The position numbers were made by a program, and so were the translations under genes. The notes beneath the pieces are model-generated. The model saw only the letters and a list, made by a program, of their open reading frames with translations. It was not told the DNA's origin and searched no databases. DNA of 64,000 bases from Elusimicrobiota bacterium (GTDB taxonomy: Bacteria; Elusimicrobiota; Elusimicrobia; UBA1565; JACRDR01): the NCBI GenBank assembly GCA_041694815.1, contig JBGFSC010000004.1:1-64000 (forward strand). The letters run 5' to 3'. Shown here piece by piece: positions 9,208-18,006 of this stretch; the stretch's first letter is position 1, and every line of letters starts with the position of its first letter.

Positions 9208-10401
9208 ATGAACTTCCAGCGCATTTGCATTAGGCTGAACGCAGATTGTGTCGTCCAGGCAAGGATCTGTGCAGGCGCCTTCATTTTGCTTGCGGTTCCC
9301 GCCTTATTGTCTGCCGCACCGGCAGCGCCCTCATGCAAGCCGTTCTTCTCCTCGTTGGAACTTCACGATCTCTTGCGCCGTCTCGATGCTTTGAAGAGAA
9401 ATCCTCCACCATGGCCTGGATACCGCCCCGAGCAACAGGTGGTTGTATTCCTGGACCAATATCAAGATGCAAGGTGTGCGGTCATCTGGAAGGCAGGCAA
9501 AATTCTTGAAAATGTTCGTCTCCGAACCGGTTTCTCCCTTCCAACTCCCGTGTACTGGTTTTATCTAAGATCAGAACCTGATAAGGTCCCCAAGTCCTTC
9601 CGGGATTTCGCAAGAATGATGCTGGACGTACCGCCCGAGTTAGACCGTTCCTTGAGGCGGCACAACATCGATCGAGCTCTCCTCTTCAACTTCACTATCC
9701 CGGAAAATGCCCTCGCTCGCATGAGATCACCGGAATACTTCGATCAGTTGAATGTCTTCAGGCTCCACATGGTGGTCCATGAGGGGTTTCACCTGAATGT
9801 TGAATTTCCTAAGTGGTTCTATCTGAAAACAACCCACCTCTGGCCATCTTGGGACCGACAACCTGAAAGGACGGAAGTTGTTAAGCGTTGCTACCGTGCG
9901 AATGAAATGGTCCTAGCAGCCTTCCAAACCGAGCGCGCTCTCCTGGCGGAGGCTTTCGAGAAAATATATCTACAAAGCGACACCGGCCGTGGGCGCGCCG
10001 CCGCCGTCGAGTTCATCAAAGAGCGCGACCAAAGGAGAGAACTGCTTAAAGAGATACGAATACCGTCCGCCGCTGAGCCCACGGTTTCGCTCTCTTGTCA
10101 AGACGCAGAGTCGATCATGGAGTTGGAAGAGGGGTTGCTCGACTATGTTGCCTTCTCTGCCAATCGGAGCATCAAGGGGCTCAGTCGTACACAAATCCAT
10201 TCATGGCTCTCAAAACCTCTTGGAGATCACCCGGATAAAGACCCAGAGCCTTACTATCGCTTCGGCACCATGCAGATGCTTATCCTTGAGAGTCTCTCCA
10301 ATGACAGGGCCGAGTTGCTGCGAAAGATTGGCGCCTCAAGCGGTCCTTCGGGCGGCATCGAAGGCAGCCTTCGCGCCCTGCTCAAGATTCCGACCCCATA
10401 G
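9208..10401 (+). CDS. Secreted HExxH (gluzincin-like) putative metallopeptidase
   Basis: Signal-like N-terminus, VVHEGFHL plus downstream LEEGLLDY; start codon uncertain. Confidence 0.6.
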   Translation: MNFQRICIRLNADCVVQARICAGAFILLAVPALLSAAPAAPSCKPFFSSLELHDLLRRLDALKRNPPPWPGYRPEQQVVVFLDQYQDARCAVIWKAGKILENVRLRTGFSLPTPVYWFYLRSEPDKVPKSFRDFARMMLDVPPELDRSLRRHNIDRALLFNFTIPENALARMRSPEYFDQLNVFRLHMVVHEGFHLNVEFPKWFYLKTTHLWPSWDRQPERTEVVKRCYRANEMVLAAFQTERALLAEAFEKIYLQSDTGRGRAAAVEFIKERDQRRELLKEIRIPSAAEPTVSLSCQDAESIMELEEGLLDYVAFSANRSIKGLSRTQIHSWLSKPLGDHPDKDPEPYYRFGTMQMLILESLSNDRAELLRKIGASSGPSGGIEGSLRALLKIPTP

Positions 10402-10403
10402 CG

Positions 10404-10431
10404 AGCCCCAATCGCGGGTGCGATTGGGGCT
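10404..10431 (+). terminator. Hairpin after the cargo gene
   Basis: Perfect 12-bp stem AGCCCCAATCGC/GCGATTGGGGCT. Confidence 0.6.
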
Positions 10432-10469
10432 GTTGACCTTCTCGGGCTTCGACCGGCCGACCGAGCCGA

Positions 10470-10547
10470 TTGACCAGTTCTCGCCAGGTTTGTCCAGCGT
10501 ACAAAGTGGCTGCCCGAATCCTACGCGCATCAATCGCAAGCGAGAAT
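10470..10547 (+). repeat. attP-like palindromic site, copy 2
   Basis: Direct repeat of copy 1; partial inverted arms (TTCTCGC...GCGTA / TACGC...GCGAGAA). Confidence 0.8.
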
Positions 10548-10563
10548 CAAAAAATCCTTTGTT

Positions 10564-10989
10564 TTGTGGCATAACGCTCCGTGTAGGGTGATTCTCGCTC
10601 CGCATGGCCGCACTCGAATCGTCGATGTAAAAGCTTTTGAGTCGCATCAATCGATTCTCGCTAAGCGGGTCCGCCAGCCGAAACCACCGCTCATTCAAAC
10701 CCAACTCAGGCAGGCCCATGACCTCAAGGCACGTCTCGCCAACGAGCCCGGCCTGACGCGGGAGGCCGTGGCCCGCGAAACCGGCATCAACCCCTCCCAA
10801 TTGACCCGCTTGCTCCGACTGACCGATCTCGCGCCTGAAATCCAAGGACATATTTTGGCTCTACCACCCTCGATCCGCAGATGTCCCGTCACCGAGCGCC
10901 GCCTGCGGCCGGTCGCCATGATCAAGGATCGGCCGGGACAATTGAACGCCTTCCGCCGCCTGCTGGCGCCTATTCCTCAATTGCCTTGA
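10564..10989 (+). CDS. HTH module resembling the C-terminal tail of large serine recombinases of DUF2924-type elements
   Basis: QAHDLKARL...AVARETGINPSQLTRLLRLTDLAPEIQGHIL. The frame stays open upstream through the att site (RFVQRTKWLP). Confidence 0.6.
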   Translation: MWHNAPCRVILAPHGRTRIVDVKAFESHQSILAKRVRQPKPPLIQTQLRQAHDLKARLANEPGLTREAVARETGINPSQLTRLLRLTDLAPEIQGHILALPPSIRRCPVTERRLRPVAMIKDRPGQLNAFRRLLAPIPQLP

Positions 10990-11062
10990 CCTGGCTCGGG
11001 GAAGGAAGGTACGACCTCCACCTGCCTTTGCTGTTGGGCGGGGGGGCAGGGAGGTTTGCGAG

Positions 11063-11326
11063 ATGAGATACAACAGGATCAGATGGTTCGAGTTTCCGTT
11101 CGTAGCTCCGAAAGGCAAGGGGTCAAAGCCGCAACAACCAAAATGGGAGGTTCGAGAGGTCGATCCGCCCGAGAAGACGTTACCGATTCAGCCCTGGAAC
11201 GACCCATTCCGTCTAACGCCGAAGCAGCGACGAGAGCGGATCATCCAACTCTTGGCCGAAGGACTCATACGATTGTGGGCAAAGCAAGAGAAAGCCGCGA
11301 GACCGTCGTGGATTCCTCCGACGTAG
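11063..11326 (+). CDS. Small MGE-associated hypothetical protein
   Basis: RBS GGAGG; LTPKQRRERIIQLLAEGLIRL helix resembles small proteins of resolvase/DUF2924 loci. Confidence 0.5.
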   Translation: MRYNRIRWFEFPFVAPKGKGSKPQQPKWEVREVDPPEKTLPIQPWNDPFRLTPKQRRERIIQLLAEGLIRLWAKQEKAARPSWIPPT

Positions 11327-11372
11327 AAGGGAACTTTTTAAGGGGGTCGATCGTATATATCTATAGAACCCC

Positions 11373-12143
11373 ATGAACCAAGATCCCCTAGAAATGGTAA
11401 AATTACGGTCAGTCAGTTACCTGACCTCCATGGCTCATCACAAAGGCGGACATTCGATGGTCGCAGAAGAACTCCTGTCCATGGGGTTGGATCGTTTTAG
11501 CACGATCCTCGCCGATCCCCCGTGGCGATTCTCCAACCGCACAGGAAAGATGGCCCCGGAGCATAGGCGCCTCTCTCGATACGCAACAATGTCGAATCAG
11601 GAGATCATGGAACTCCCCGTCGCTCAGCTAGCGCGCCAGAAAAGCCATCTCTATCTGTGGGTTCCCAATGCGCTGATTCTCGAAGGACTCGAGGTCATGA
11701 AGCGTTGGGGGTTCACGTACAAGACGAATATCATCTGGTACAAGATCCGCAAGGATGGCGGGCCCGACGGCCGTGGCGTCGGTTTCTATTTCCGCAACGT
11801 CACCGAGCTGGTCCTTTTCGGCGTTCGCGGTTCTTTCCGGACCTTGCAACCTGGGAGAAGCCAGGTCAATATCGTCTCGACTCGGAAGAGAGAGCACTCC
11901 CGGAAGCCTGACGAGCTTTATCCGATCATCGAGAAGTGCAGCCCGGGCCCATACCTGGAACTTTTCGCCCGCTATCCCCGAACGGGCTGGAGCTGTTGGG
12001 GTAACGAAGTTGGCCCTGACGCCAAGAGCAAGCCGTACATCAGCACCTACTCCCCGGAGCCTCGGCAGGCCTTATTGCTCGACGGGAATGGCCGTAACGG
12101 TTATCGCGCGACCAACGGTCATCGAGCGTTGGTCAAGAAGTAG
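11373..12143 (+). CDS. MT-A70 family N6-adenine DNA methyltransferase
   Basis: ILADPPW catalytic motif, HLYLWVPN, WGFTYKTNIIW, REHSRKP, YLELFAR; true start may be 11430 or 11457. Confidence 0.92.
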   Translation: MNQDPLEMVKLRSVSYLTSMAHHKGGHSMVAEELLSMGLDRFSTILADPPWRFSNRTGKMAPEHRRLSRYATMSNQEIMELPVAQLARQKSHLYLWVPNALILEGLEVMKRWGFTYKTNIIWYKIRKDGGPDGRGVGFYFRNVTELVLFGVRGSFRTLQPGRSQVNIVSTRKREHSRKPDELYPIIEKCSPGPYLELFARYPRTGWSCWGNEVGPDAKSKPYISTYSPEPRQALLLDGNGRNGYRATNGHRALVKK

Positions 12144-12228
12144 ACCTTCCTCCACAAAAAGCGCAAATAATCGCAACAGAAGCGGCATTTGCTAGAATGA
12201 CGCTTCGCGGTCGCGAAAACACATTGCC

Positions 12229-12903
12229 ATGGGAATAGAACTCGTACCTGAAGACGTTCGCAAGCTATACGAGGTCCGGGAATGGAAACACGCCTGCGCC
12301 GTTCTCAAGCAGGATTTCCCGAAAGAATGGAATGACCTAATCGAGGTTCTACGGGGGTTCCGCCTAAAACGCTCGCACATGACGGATCCAGGAAAGAACA
12401 TCGGTCCGGTAGCCAAGCACTTCAACAAGGCTTTCTACGATCGAAAGTGGGCGAAGGAACGTTTCAAGACCGTGATCGAAGTGAACGGTCAGAAAAACGA
12501 GACACCAACACACGAAGTCGACTGCGTAAAGGGACGGGTAGCTCTTGAGATTGAGTGGTCGAACAAGGATCCGTTTTTCGATCGGGACCTAAACAACTTC
12601 CGCCTACTCTTCGAGCTTCGCGCGATAAGCGTTGGGGTGATCATCACAAAGTCGGACGATCTAATGGACGTGATGAAGGAAATCTGGGTCGTTACCAAGA
12701 AGGGCACCAAGACGACGGTTTGGAAGAAATACGGGAACTCAACGACTTGGATGAATCAGTTAATCCCCCGCATTGAAGGCGGCGGAGGAGGTGGCTGTCC
12801 GATCTTAGTATTCGGAATACAAGCTGCAACGATGTCGGGACCGACTGAAGGGACTATTTTAGAATCCGAGGACTTGAATACAGACGACGAAGGGGCAGAA
12901 TAG
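12229..12903 (+). CDS. BglII/BstYI-family type II restriction endonuclease
   Basis: THEVD...VALEIEWSNKDPFFDRDL, GGGGGCPILVFGI; adjacent to the MT-A70 gene. Confidence 0.88.
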   Translation: MGIELVPEDVRKLYEVREWKHACAVLKQDFPKEWNDLIEVLRGFRLKRSHMTDPGKNIGPVAKHFNKAFYDRKWAKERFKTVIEVNGQKNETPTHEVDCVKGRVALEIEWSNKDPFFDRDLNNFRLLFELRAISVGVIITKSDDLMDVMKEIWVVTKKGTKTTVWKKYGNSTTWMNQLIPRIEGGGGGGCPILVFGIQAATMSGPTEGTILESEDLNTDDEGAE

Positions 12904-12940
12904 AGCCAGCTAGAAATTTCACCTCTCTCAATAAACAGCT

Positions 12941-14635
12941 CTAATTGTTTTGAAATTGTGATAAGCAATATTTCAGTTCATCGAGGTGGAGAACCTTAGT
13001 CGTACCTTCAACAATTTCTCGTGAACGCATAAGATATTTGCCTTTCGAACTTTTTGCTAACCCAACATAGGACTCAATCGGGCCCTTGCTGAGAATATGG
13101 ATATCATGGCAAGCAAGGTCCTTTTTAACCGCTTCAAATAAGGTCTGAAGTTTACTGTCGTCGGCCAAGGCCTTCCGCTTAGCCGAATTATCAGAATGTT
13201 TGGTTAACGCCTGGCAAAGCTCAGACAGTTGCTTATGACTTCCCAGCACCGATCCGGCCCCATCCCACGCGAAATCATCATCTAGCAAGGCCATCGCTCG
13301 AATTCCCAGAGCAGTTAGCACGTGCTTGACATCCGGCACCTTTGCCTTTCCGCCGCATTCGATGATGGCAACGTCATGCAGGAATCTCGGCCCTAAACCA
13401 GCCACCCGTGCGATTGCGCCTACCAGGTGGACATCGCTGGGACCTTCGACTAATAAGACGTTCCGATGAAAGAAGATGCGAGAGGCGCGCTGAAGATCCA
13501 GTATGAGTAAAACATCCTTTTCAATTATTTCAGATAGTTTGGTCAAATCCGTTTTTCGCTTCTTTGATAAAGTCTTATTCCCCTCAATCTCCTTGTCAAT
13601 AAATGTTAATTGCTTGAGCGTCGATGGGGAGAGCATGTTTGCCGAGTGCGTGGAGATTAATGTTTGGGCAGACTCGGCAATTTGCCCCAACGCATCACGC
13701 ATCTGCTCTTGGGAGCTCGGATGAAGGAAGAGCTCAGGCTCTTCAATCATTAGGAGAATGGGACGAGCAGCTGCGGCTGCACCTTTACGCAAGACCTTGG
13801 CGAGTGCCCGCAGAATGCTCAAGTATAATGCCCGCTGCACTCCTTGGCCTTTGCGGAAGTACGGAGTTCTTACTCCATCATCGACATCGATACTAACGTC
13901 TCCCAAAATACGCTTGATATCGGGAAGTGTCACTCGCAGTCGTGCTGATGTGCCCGAGAAAAATTCCTGGAGATTGGAGGTGATCTCGGCTTCGATCTCC
14001 CTCAACTCCTTTACACGTCCATCATGCCCACCAACAACATTCAGGAGTTTCTCCGCCTCCGCAAATGCTTTATCGAGCGTAGGCTGCGCTGTCTTTTCGA
14101 TCTCGGCCAGGATTAGGGCGAGCAGTTGCCCAAGAGGGCTTGTCGTCTTTCCTGTCGCGACGTCTGCCGCGTCAGCCAAGGCGCGAATAAATATTGGCTC
14201 AGGCAAAATTCGCTTAAGCTCCGCATCAATTCCTGTGGGCAATTTTGCATCCGTCCCATCTGCCGCAATCATCACAAGTGCACCTGGCTTTTCTACGCCC
14301 CTCCCAAACTGACGCCGCAGGTGCAGTGCGCCATCATTCAACATACTTTCTACTTTCTTCTGCATGGCTTCTGAGGAGCATAAAGAGAGGTTGCTACCCA
14401 CATTTTCAATCGTTCCTTCGATTGCCACGGGCTGTTCCGGATTCCAATAGTCTGAATCTTGAATTGACTTTGGCGTTCCCGAAAGAAAAATCTCTACGGC
14501 ATCCAAGACATTTGATTTGCCAGCCCCGTTGCGCCCGATGACAATCGTAAATTTCTCAAAGGAGAATGATTCCTCCATAAACGAACGGAAATTTTTGACC
14601 TTCAGTTCCTTCAGCCTAACTGGATGTGTAGTCAT
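12941..14635 (-). CDS. OLD-family ATP-dependent nuclease (ABC ATPase plus TOPRIM)
   Basis: VKNFRSF, Walker A GRNGAGKS, KGQGVQR signature, IEEPELFLHP, STHS; TOPRIM LVEGPSD...GGK...LDDD. Confidence 0.9.
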   Translation of the reverse strand: MTTHPVRLKELKVKNFRSFMEESFSFEKFTIVIGRNGAGKSNVLDAVEIFLSGTPKSIQDSDYWNPEQPVAIEGTIENVGSNLSLCSSEAMQKKVESMLNDGALHLRRQFGRGVEKPGALVMIAADGTDAKLPTGIDAELKRILPEPIFIRALADAADVATGKTTSPLGQLLALILAEIEKTAQPTLDKAFAEAEKLLNVVGGHDGRVKELREIEAEITSNLQEFFSGTSARLRVTLPDIKRILGDVSIDVDDGVRTPYFRKGQGVQRALYLSILRALAKVLRKGAAAAARPILLMIEEPELFLHPSSQEQMRDALGQIAESAQTLISTHSANMLSPSTLKQLTFIDKEIEGNKTLSKKRKTDLTKLSEIIEKDVLLILDLQRASRIFFHRNVLLVEGPSDVHLVGAIARVAGLGPRFLHDVAIIECGGKAKVPDVKHVLTALGIRAMALLDDDFAWDGAGSVLGSHKQLSELCQALTKHSDNSAKRKALADDSKLQTLFEAVKKDLACHDIHILSKGPIESYVGLAKSSKGKYLMRSREIVEGTTKVLHLDELKYCLSQFQNN

Positions 14636-14657
14636 GGCGCAATTCTCCTACTATGCA

Positions 14658-15341
14658 TCATTCCACGAGCCGCTGGATGGATTTTTTCACTGATGAGGGT
14701 TTCCCCTCTGTCAGAATTTTTACCGTCTCCTTCCTCAAACGCCTTTCCTCAAAACGGACCCGCTTCGCATCGATCGCATTCCGAATGCTGCTTTGCACGG
14801 AATTGAGCCGGCTTTGGCCCGTCTTGAATTCGACAAACGTAATACCAGTGACTTTCCCTTGGTAATAGCCATCGAATACAACAAAATCAATTGGGTCAAA
14901 AACTGGGCGGACATCATAAGGATGGTGTCCAAAGCCAGGAAACATGGGGGCTATTTTTTCAAGCGTCTTCCCGAGCTGACCCGCCCGAGACTGAGCAATT
15001 GCCTTTTGCCGAATTTCCTTCTCTCGAGTTATCATTCGTTTGTCGACTTGGACTTCGACTTTCTCACGCCAAGTTTCTTCAACTGCCTCGAGTTCAATGC
15101 CGTGATCATCTTGCATTTCCTCGATTTGAGCTTCGAGCTCTTCTAATTGTTCATGGAGTGAATCTCTGTCTTTTTTTAAGCGCGCAAGCATGTCGCGAGG
15201 TGGTTCTTTACCATAGGAGAGTTTCACTTCCGAAAGACGAAACGGTTCAGCGCAATGTGGACAACGACCAAAAATATTTTTCTCGTGCTTATAGAAAGAG
15301 AGGAGCGAACCAATATTCCCGCTGAGATTGATGTCTGACAT
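14658..15341 (-). CDS. Holliday-junction-resolvase-like PD-(D/E)xK endonuclease (Endonuc_Holl-like) with N-terminal CxxC and coiled coil
   Basis: CPHC, heptad-rich segment, GKTLEKIAP, PIDFVVFDG, ITFVEFKTG. Confidence 0.85.
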   Translation of the reverse strand: MSDINLSGNIGSLLSFYKHEKNIFGRCPHCAEPFRLSEVKLSYGKEPPRDMLARLKKDRDSLHEQLEELEAQIEEMQDDHGIELEAVEETWREKVEVQVDKRMITREKEIRQKAIAQSRAGQLGKTLEKIAPMFPGFGHHPYDVRPVFDPIDFVVFDGYYQGKVTGITFVEFKTGQSRLNSVQSSIRNAIDAKRVRFEERRLRKETVKILTEGKPSSVKKSIQRLVE

Positions 15342-15370
15342 TTTCTTCCCCCACCTGCCCTAGAAGTTTA

Positions 15371-15402
15371 AGAGGCCGAGCCGTTATTTCGGCCCGGCCT
15401 CT
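15371..15402 (-). terminator. GC-rich hairpin between tRNA-Gln and the nuclease operon
   Basis: 13-bp stem with one mismatch; weak U-tract. Confidence 0.4.
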
Positions 15403-15528
15403 CGATGATTCTCGATTTCGATTGTTCCGCGTACAACATGGACCCCGCTCCTAGGACTCAATCGATTTCGCGCATTTTATCCGGTCAAACGCGTTTTCCG
15501 ATAGCGTTTGCCTTGTTTAATTCAAATT

Positions 15529-15599
15529 CTGCCGGGCTAGGATTCGAACCTAGAATAAGTGGTTCAGAGCCACCCGTGATACCGTTTCACCACCCGGCA
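15529..15599 (-). tRNA. tRNA-Gln(CTG), CCA not encoded
   Basis: TGCCGGG/CCCGGCA acceptor stem, GGTGG-CTCTGAA-CCACT anticodon arm, GGTTCGAATCC T-arm. Confidence 0.97.
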
Positions 15600-15660
15600 A
15601 TGAAGCGTCATTGTACAAAATTGCCGCCGGGCAGGGCCTCTTTTGCGGGTTAGGCCGCCG

Positions 15661-16635
15661 TCAAGGAAACCGGAATCCGTCCAGGCCGATCCGGTCGGCC
15701 AGCACCGGCTCGTCGATGAAGGGATTGCGGACTCCCTGATGCCGCTCGATGAGATCGTTGCGGAGCTTCTCCTCGGGCCCAGGCGGATACCGCCGGTTCC
15801 AATCCAGGAGCGTCGGCAACTGTGAGTTCCAAAAATCGTTCGGGAAATCCTTGCGCATGCGCTGCTTGATCCGGTTCTTGTGGGCCCTCTGCAACGGGTC
15901 GAGCTTGCCGCGCCACTTCAGGTAGTCGCGCGCCCGCGTTTCCCAGTAGTCCCTATCGCCCATGATCTCCTGATCGTAATACGTCGTATAGAAGTAGAAG
16001 AGCGCCCGGGCCACCCGGCCCTTGACCGCGTCCGGCGGCTCGAAGACGCCGTTGCCCAATTTAGCTCCGGCGTTATTGGAGTATTCCATTTCCCCGTATA
16101 CGTTCCCAAAAGGAAGCGAGGCGCGGCGGTTGTTGATGCAAGATAAGGACGGCAGCAGGTTGTGCAGGTCCGATGCCATCAGCTTCTCGCGGAGATTGCC
16201 GTCGTTGCTCTCGAAAAAGCCCCGGGGCCAGATATGCTCGGTGTTCATCTGGTCGTTCTCCGGGCAGTCATCCCCGTTCTGATTGCCGTTTTCGTGGAAA
16301 AAGTAGCCGTCCTTGCCGTGGCCCGCGATGAAGACCCGGGAATAGGCGTCGACGATGCCGCGGACGCCGTCCTGCTCGGTTTTCTCGATGGCCGAAAAGA
16401 GCAATTTCCTCGCGTTCGAATAGGAAAGGTTGCGCGTGCCGCTCTCGATGGAATCTAGGACTTGGTCCCTCAGGCGTTCGTGTAGCTCGCGCAGAAGCCT
16501 CCGGCCCCGGCTCGGGCGTTTGAGGAACGACTGCACGCTCGAGCCGGCGTTCGAGAAGCCGTCTCCGAGCGACATCTGCTCGGCATAGGCCGGCAGCGCC
16601 AATAGGATCGGCAAAAACAGCCGCAACATGCGCAC
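15661..16635 (-). CDS. Secreted endonuclease I family nuclease
   Basis: Signal peptide; MNTEHIWP, SDLHNL, FEPPDAVKGRVARALFYF, RNPFID. Confidence 0.9.
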   Translation of the reverse strand: MRMLRLFLPILLALPAYAEQMSLGDGFSNAGSSVQSFLKRPSRGRRLLRELHERLRDQVLDSIESGTRNLSYSNARKLLFSAIEKTEQDGVRGIVDAYSRVFIAGHGKDGYFFHENGNQNGDDCPENDQMNTEHIWPRGFFESNDGNLREKLMASDLHNLLPSLSCINNRRASLPFGNVYGEMEYSNNAGAKLGNGVFEPPDAVKGRVARALFYFYTTYYDQEIMGDRDYWETRARDYLKWRGKLDPLQRAHKNRIKQRMRKDFPNDFWNSQLPTLLDWNRRYPPGPEEKLRNDLIERHQGVRNPFIDEPVLADRIGLDGFRFP

Positions 16636-16641
16636 GATATT

Positions 16642-16709
16642 AAGATAAAGGCTTTTAGGGGTCGCGACATGGGGCTTTAAGCCTGGAAGCGGGTAGGCCT
16701 TTGGACCTA
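16642..16709 (-). promoter_or_regulatory. Promoter with 14-bp palindromic boxes
   Basis: -10 TATCTT (16642-16647); boxes at 16671 (weak) and AGGCCTTTGGACCT at 16695. Confidence 0.55.
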
Positions 16710-16715
16710 GGAGGG

Positions 16716-16874
16716 CTACTGAAAAAGCTTCGGCATATGCGCGAAGCCTATTTGATTGCGCTTCATCGCCAGGACACGGGCGGCCAGGAAGTCGTGGGCG
16801 ATGTCATGGAGCCGCTTATCCTTGAGGATGCTCTCCGGGCTCACGCGGATTTTGGCGGTCAGTGCTAAGGGCAT
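16716..16874 (-). CDS. Unannotated 52-aa small protein
   Basis: MPLALTAKIRVSPESILKDKRLHDIAHDFLAARVLAMKRNQIGFAHMPKLFQ; host-like third-position GC; -10 TAGACT 6 nt before the ATG. Confidence 0.6.
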   Translation of the reverse strand: MPLALTAKIRVSPESILKDKRLHDIAHDFLAARVLAMKRNQIGFAHMPKLFQ

Positions 16875-17025
16875 GCTAGCAGTCTACGGTATGGGCGCGA
16901 AGCGCCTATTGCGATTGATCGAAGAAAGGGCGAAGGCTGGGCGAAAAAGTTGCGAAGACAAAAAGCCATTTAAAAACAAGCAAAAATTAGCTATTTACAA
17001 GCGCTTTTATTCGCGTTATGATGGA

Positions 17026-18006
17026 ATGCCGATGCTTCAGCAACTGTCGCCCCGGCGCGTTTCCTACCTGCTTTTCTTCGCTTTGGCCGTCGTGGCGGTG
17101 GTTTTCCACCTGACTCCCGCCCTTTTGGCCGGGATATTCTCCTATACGCTCATCGACAGCACGCATCGCGGCCTGGCGCGCTGGATGCCCGTCTCCTACG
17201 CCCGGTGGCTGGCGCTGCTCATCTTCGTGGTAGCCGGCGGGTTGATGGCCTGGATGTTCGCGCGCTTCTTGCACCGCAGCCTGACGACGATCCCGGCCAT
17301 CCTGAGCGCCGCCATGCCGAAGTTAAACGAGGCGCTTCCTCATTATGGCATCGACCTTCCTTTCGAGAATATGAACGAATTGCGCCGCGCCATCATCGAT
17401 GGGCTCAAAGAGAACACCTCGGGCATTACGCAGGTGGGCGGGATCCTGACCAAGCGTTTCTTCCACCTGCTCGTGGGTATATTCGTGGCGGTGCTCTGCT
17501 TCATGTCGGAAAGCCGGAGGGACTACCGTGCCAATCTCTACGACGCCGTCGCCAAGGAGTTCAACGAGCGCGTGCGCCTGTTCATGCAAAGCTTCGAGCG
17601 CGTACTGGGCGCCCAGGTGGTGATTTCGGGGATCAACACCTTCTTCACGGCGCTGTTCTTATGGGGGCTTAATTTCCCGCATGTCACCTATCTGGTCCCC
17701 GCCACGTTCATCCTGGGCATACTGCCCGTCGTGGGGAATTTGCTCAGCAACGCCATCATCGTCGGCACGGCATTGACGATATCGCCGCGCGACGCGGTGT
17801 TCGCGCTGCTCTTTCTGGTCACCATACATAAGGGGGAATACTTCCTAAATAGTAAGATCGTCGGCGGCAGCATCCAGGCCCCCATGTGGCAGACCCTGCT
17901 CGGGATACTCATCGGCGACGCCATCATGGGGATCCCCGGCATCATCCTGGCTCCCGCCCTCCTGCACTACGTGCGCGAGGAGATGCGAGAGATCCCCGCT
18001 TCCTAA
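17026..18006 (+). CDS. AI-2E/PerM family transporter
   Basis: Multiple TM helices, GAQVVISGIN, LGILPVVG, GIPGIILAP; start placed after the TATGAT -10. Confidence 0.85.
   Translation: MPMLQQLSPRRVSYLLFFALAVVAVVFHLTPALLAGIFSYTLIDSTHRGLARWMPVSYARWLALLIFVVAGGLMAWMFARFLHRSLTTIPAILSAAMPKLNEALPHYGIDLPFENMNELRRAIIDGLKENTSGITQVGGILTKRFFHLLVGIFVAVLCFMSESRRDYRANLYDAVAKEFNERVRLFMQSFERVLGAQVVISGINTFFTALFLWGLNFPHVTYLVPATFILGILPVVGNLLSNAIIVGTALTISPRDAVFALLFLVTIHKGEYFLNSKIVGGSIQAPMWQTLLGILIGDAIMGIPGIILAPALLHYVREEMREIPAS

Larger units (their letters stand above)
6844..15533. mobile_element. tRNA-Gln-associated genomic island, tandem array of three integrase-less units
   Basis: Lower GC, defence and MGE genes, CTGCC-centred att-like sites at 6844, 8498 and 10510 and at the tRNA 3' end (15529). 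Confidence 0.7.

Noticed and set aside
8458..10515. 46-bp direct repeat as a CRISPR array
   Set aside because: Only two copies 2 kb apart with genes between them, and no cas genes.
12941..14635. Gabija or retron system
   Set aside because: No UvrD helicase or reverse transcriptase adjacent.
6844..15533. Prophage or autonomous ICE
   Set aside because: No structural, replication, conjugation or catalytic integrase genes.
15405..15653. 82-aa ORF
   Set aside because: Antisense shadow of tRNA-Gln.
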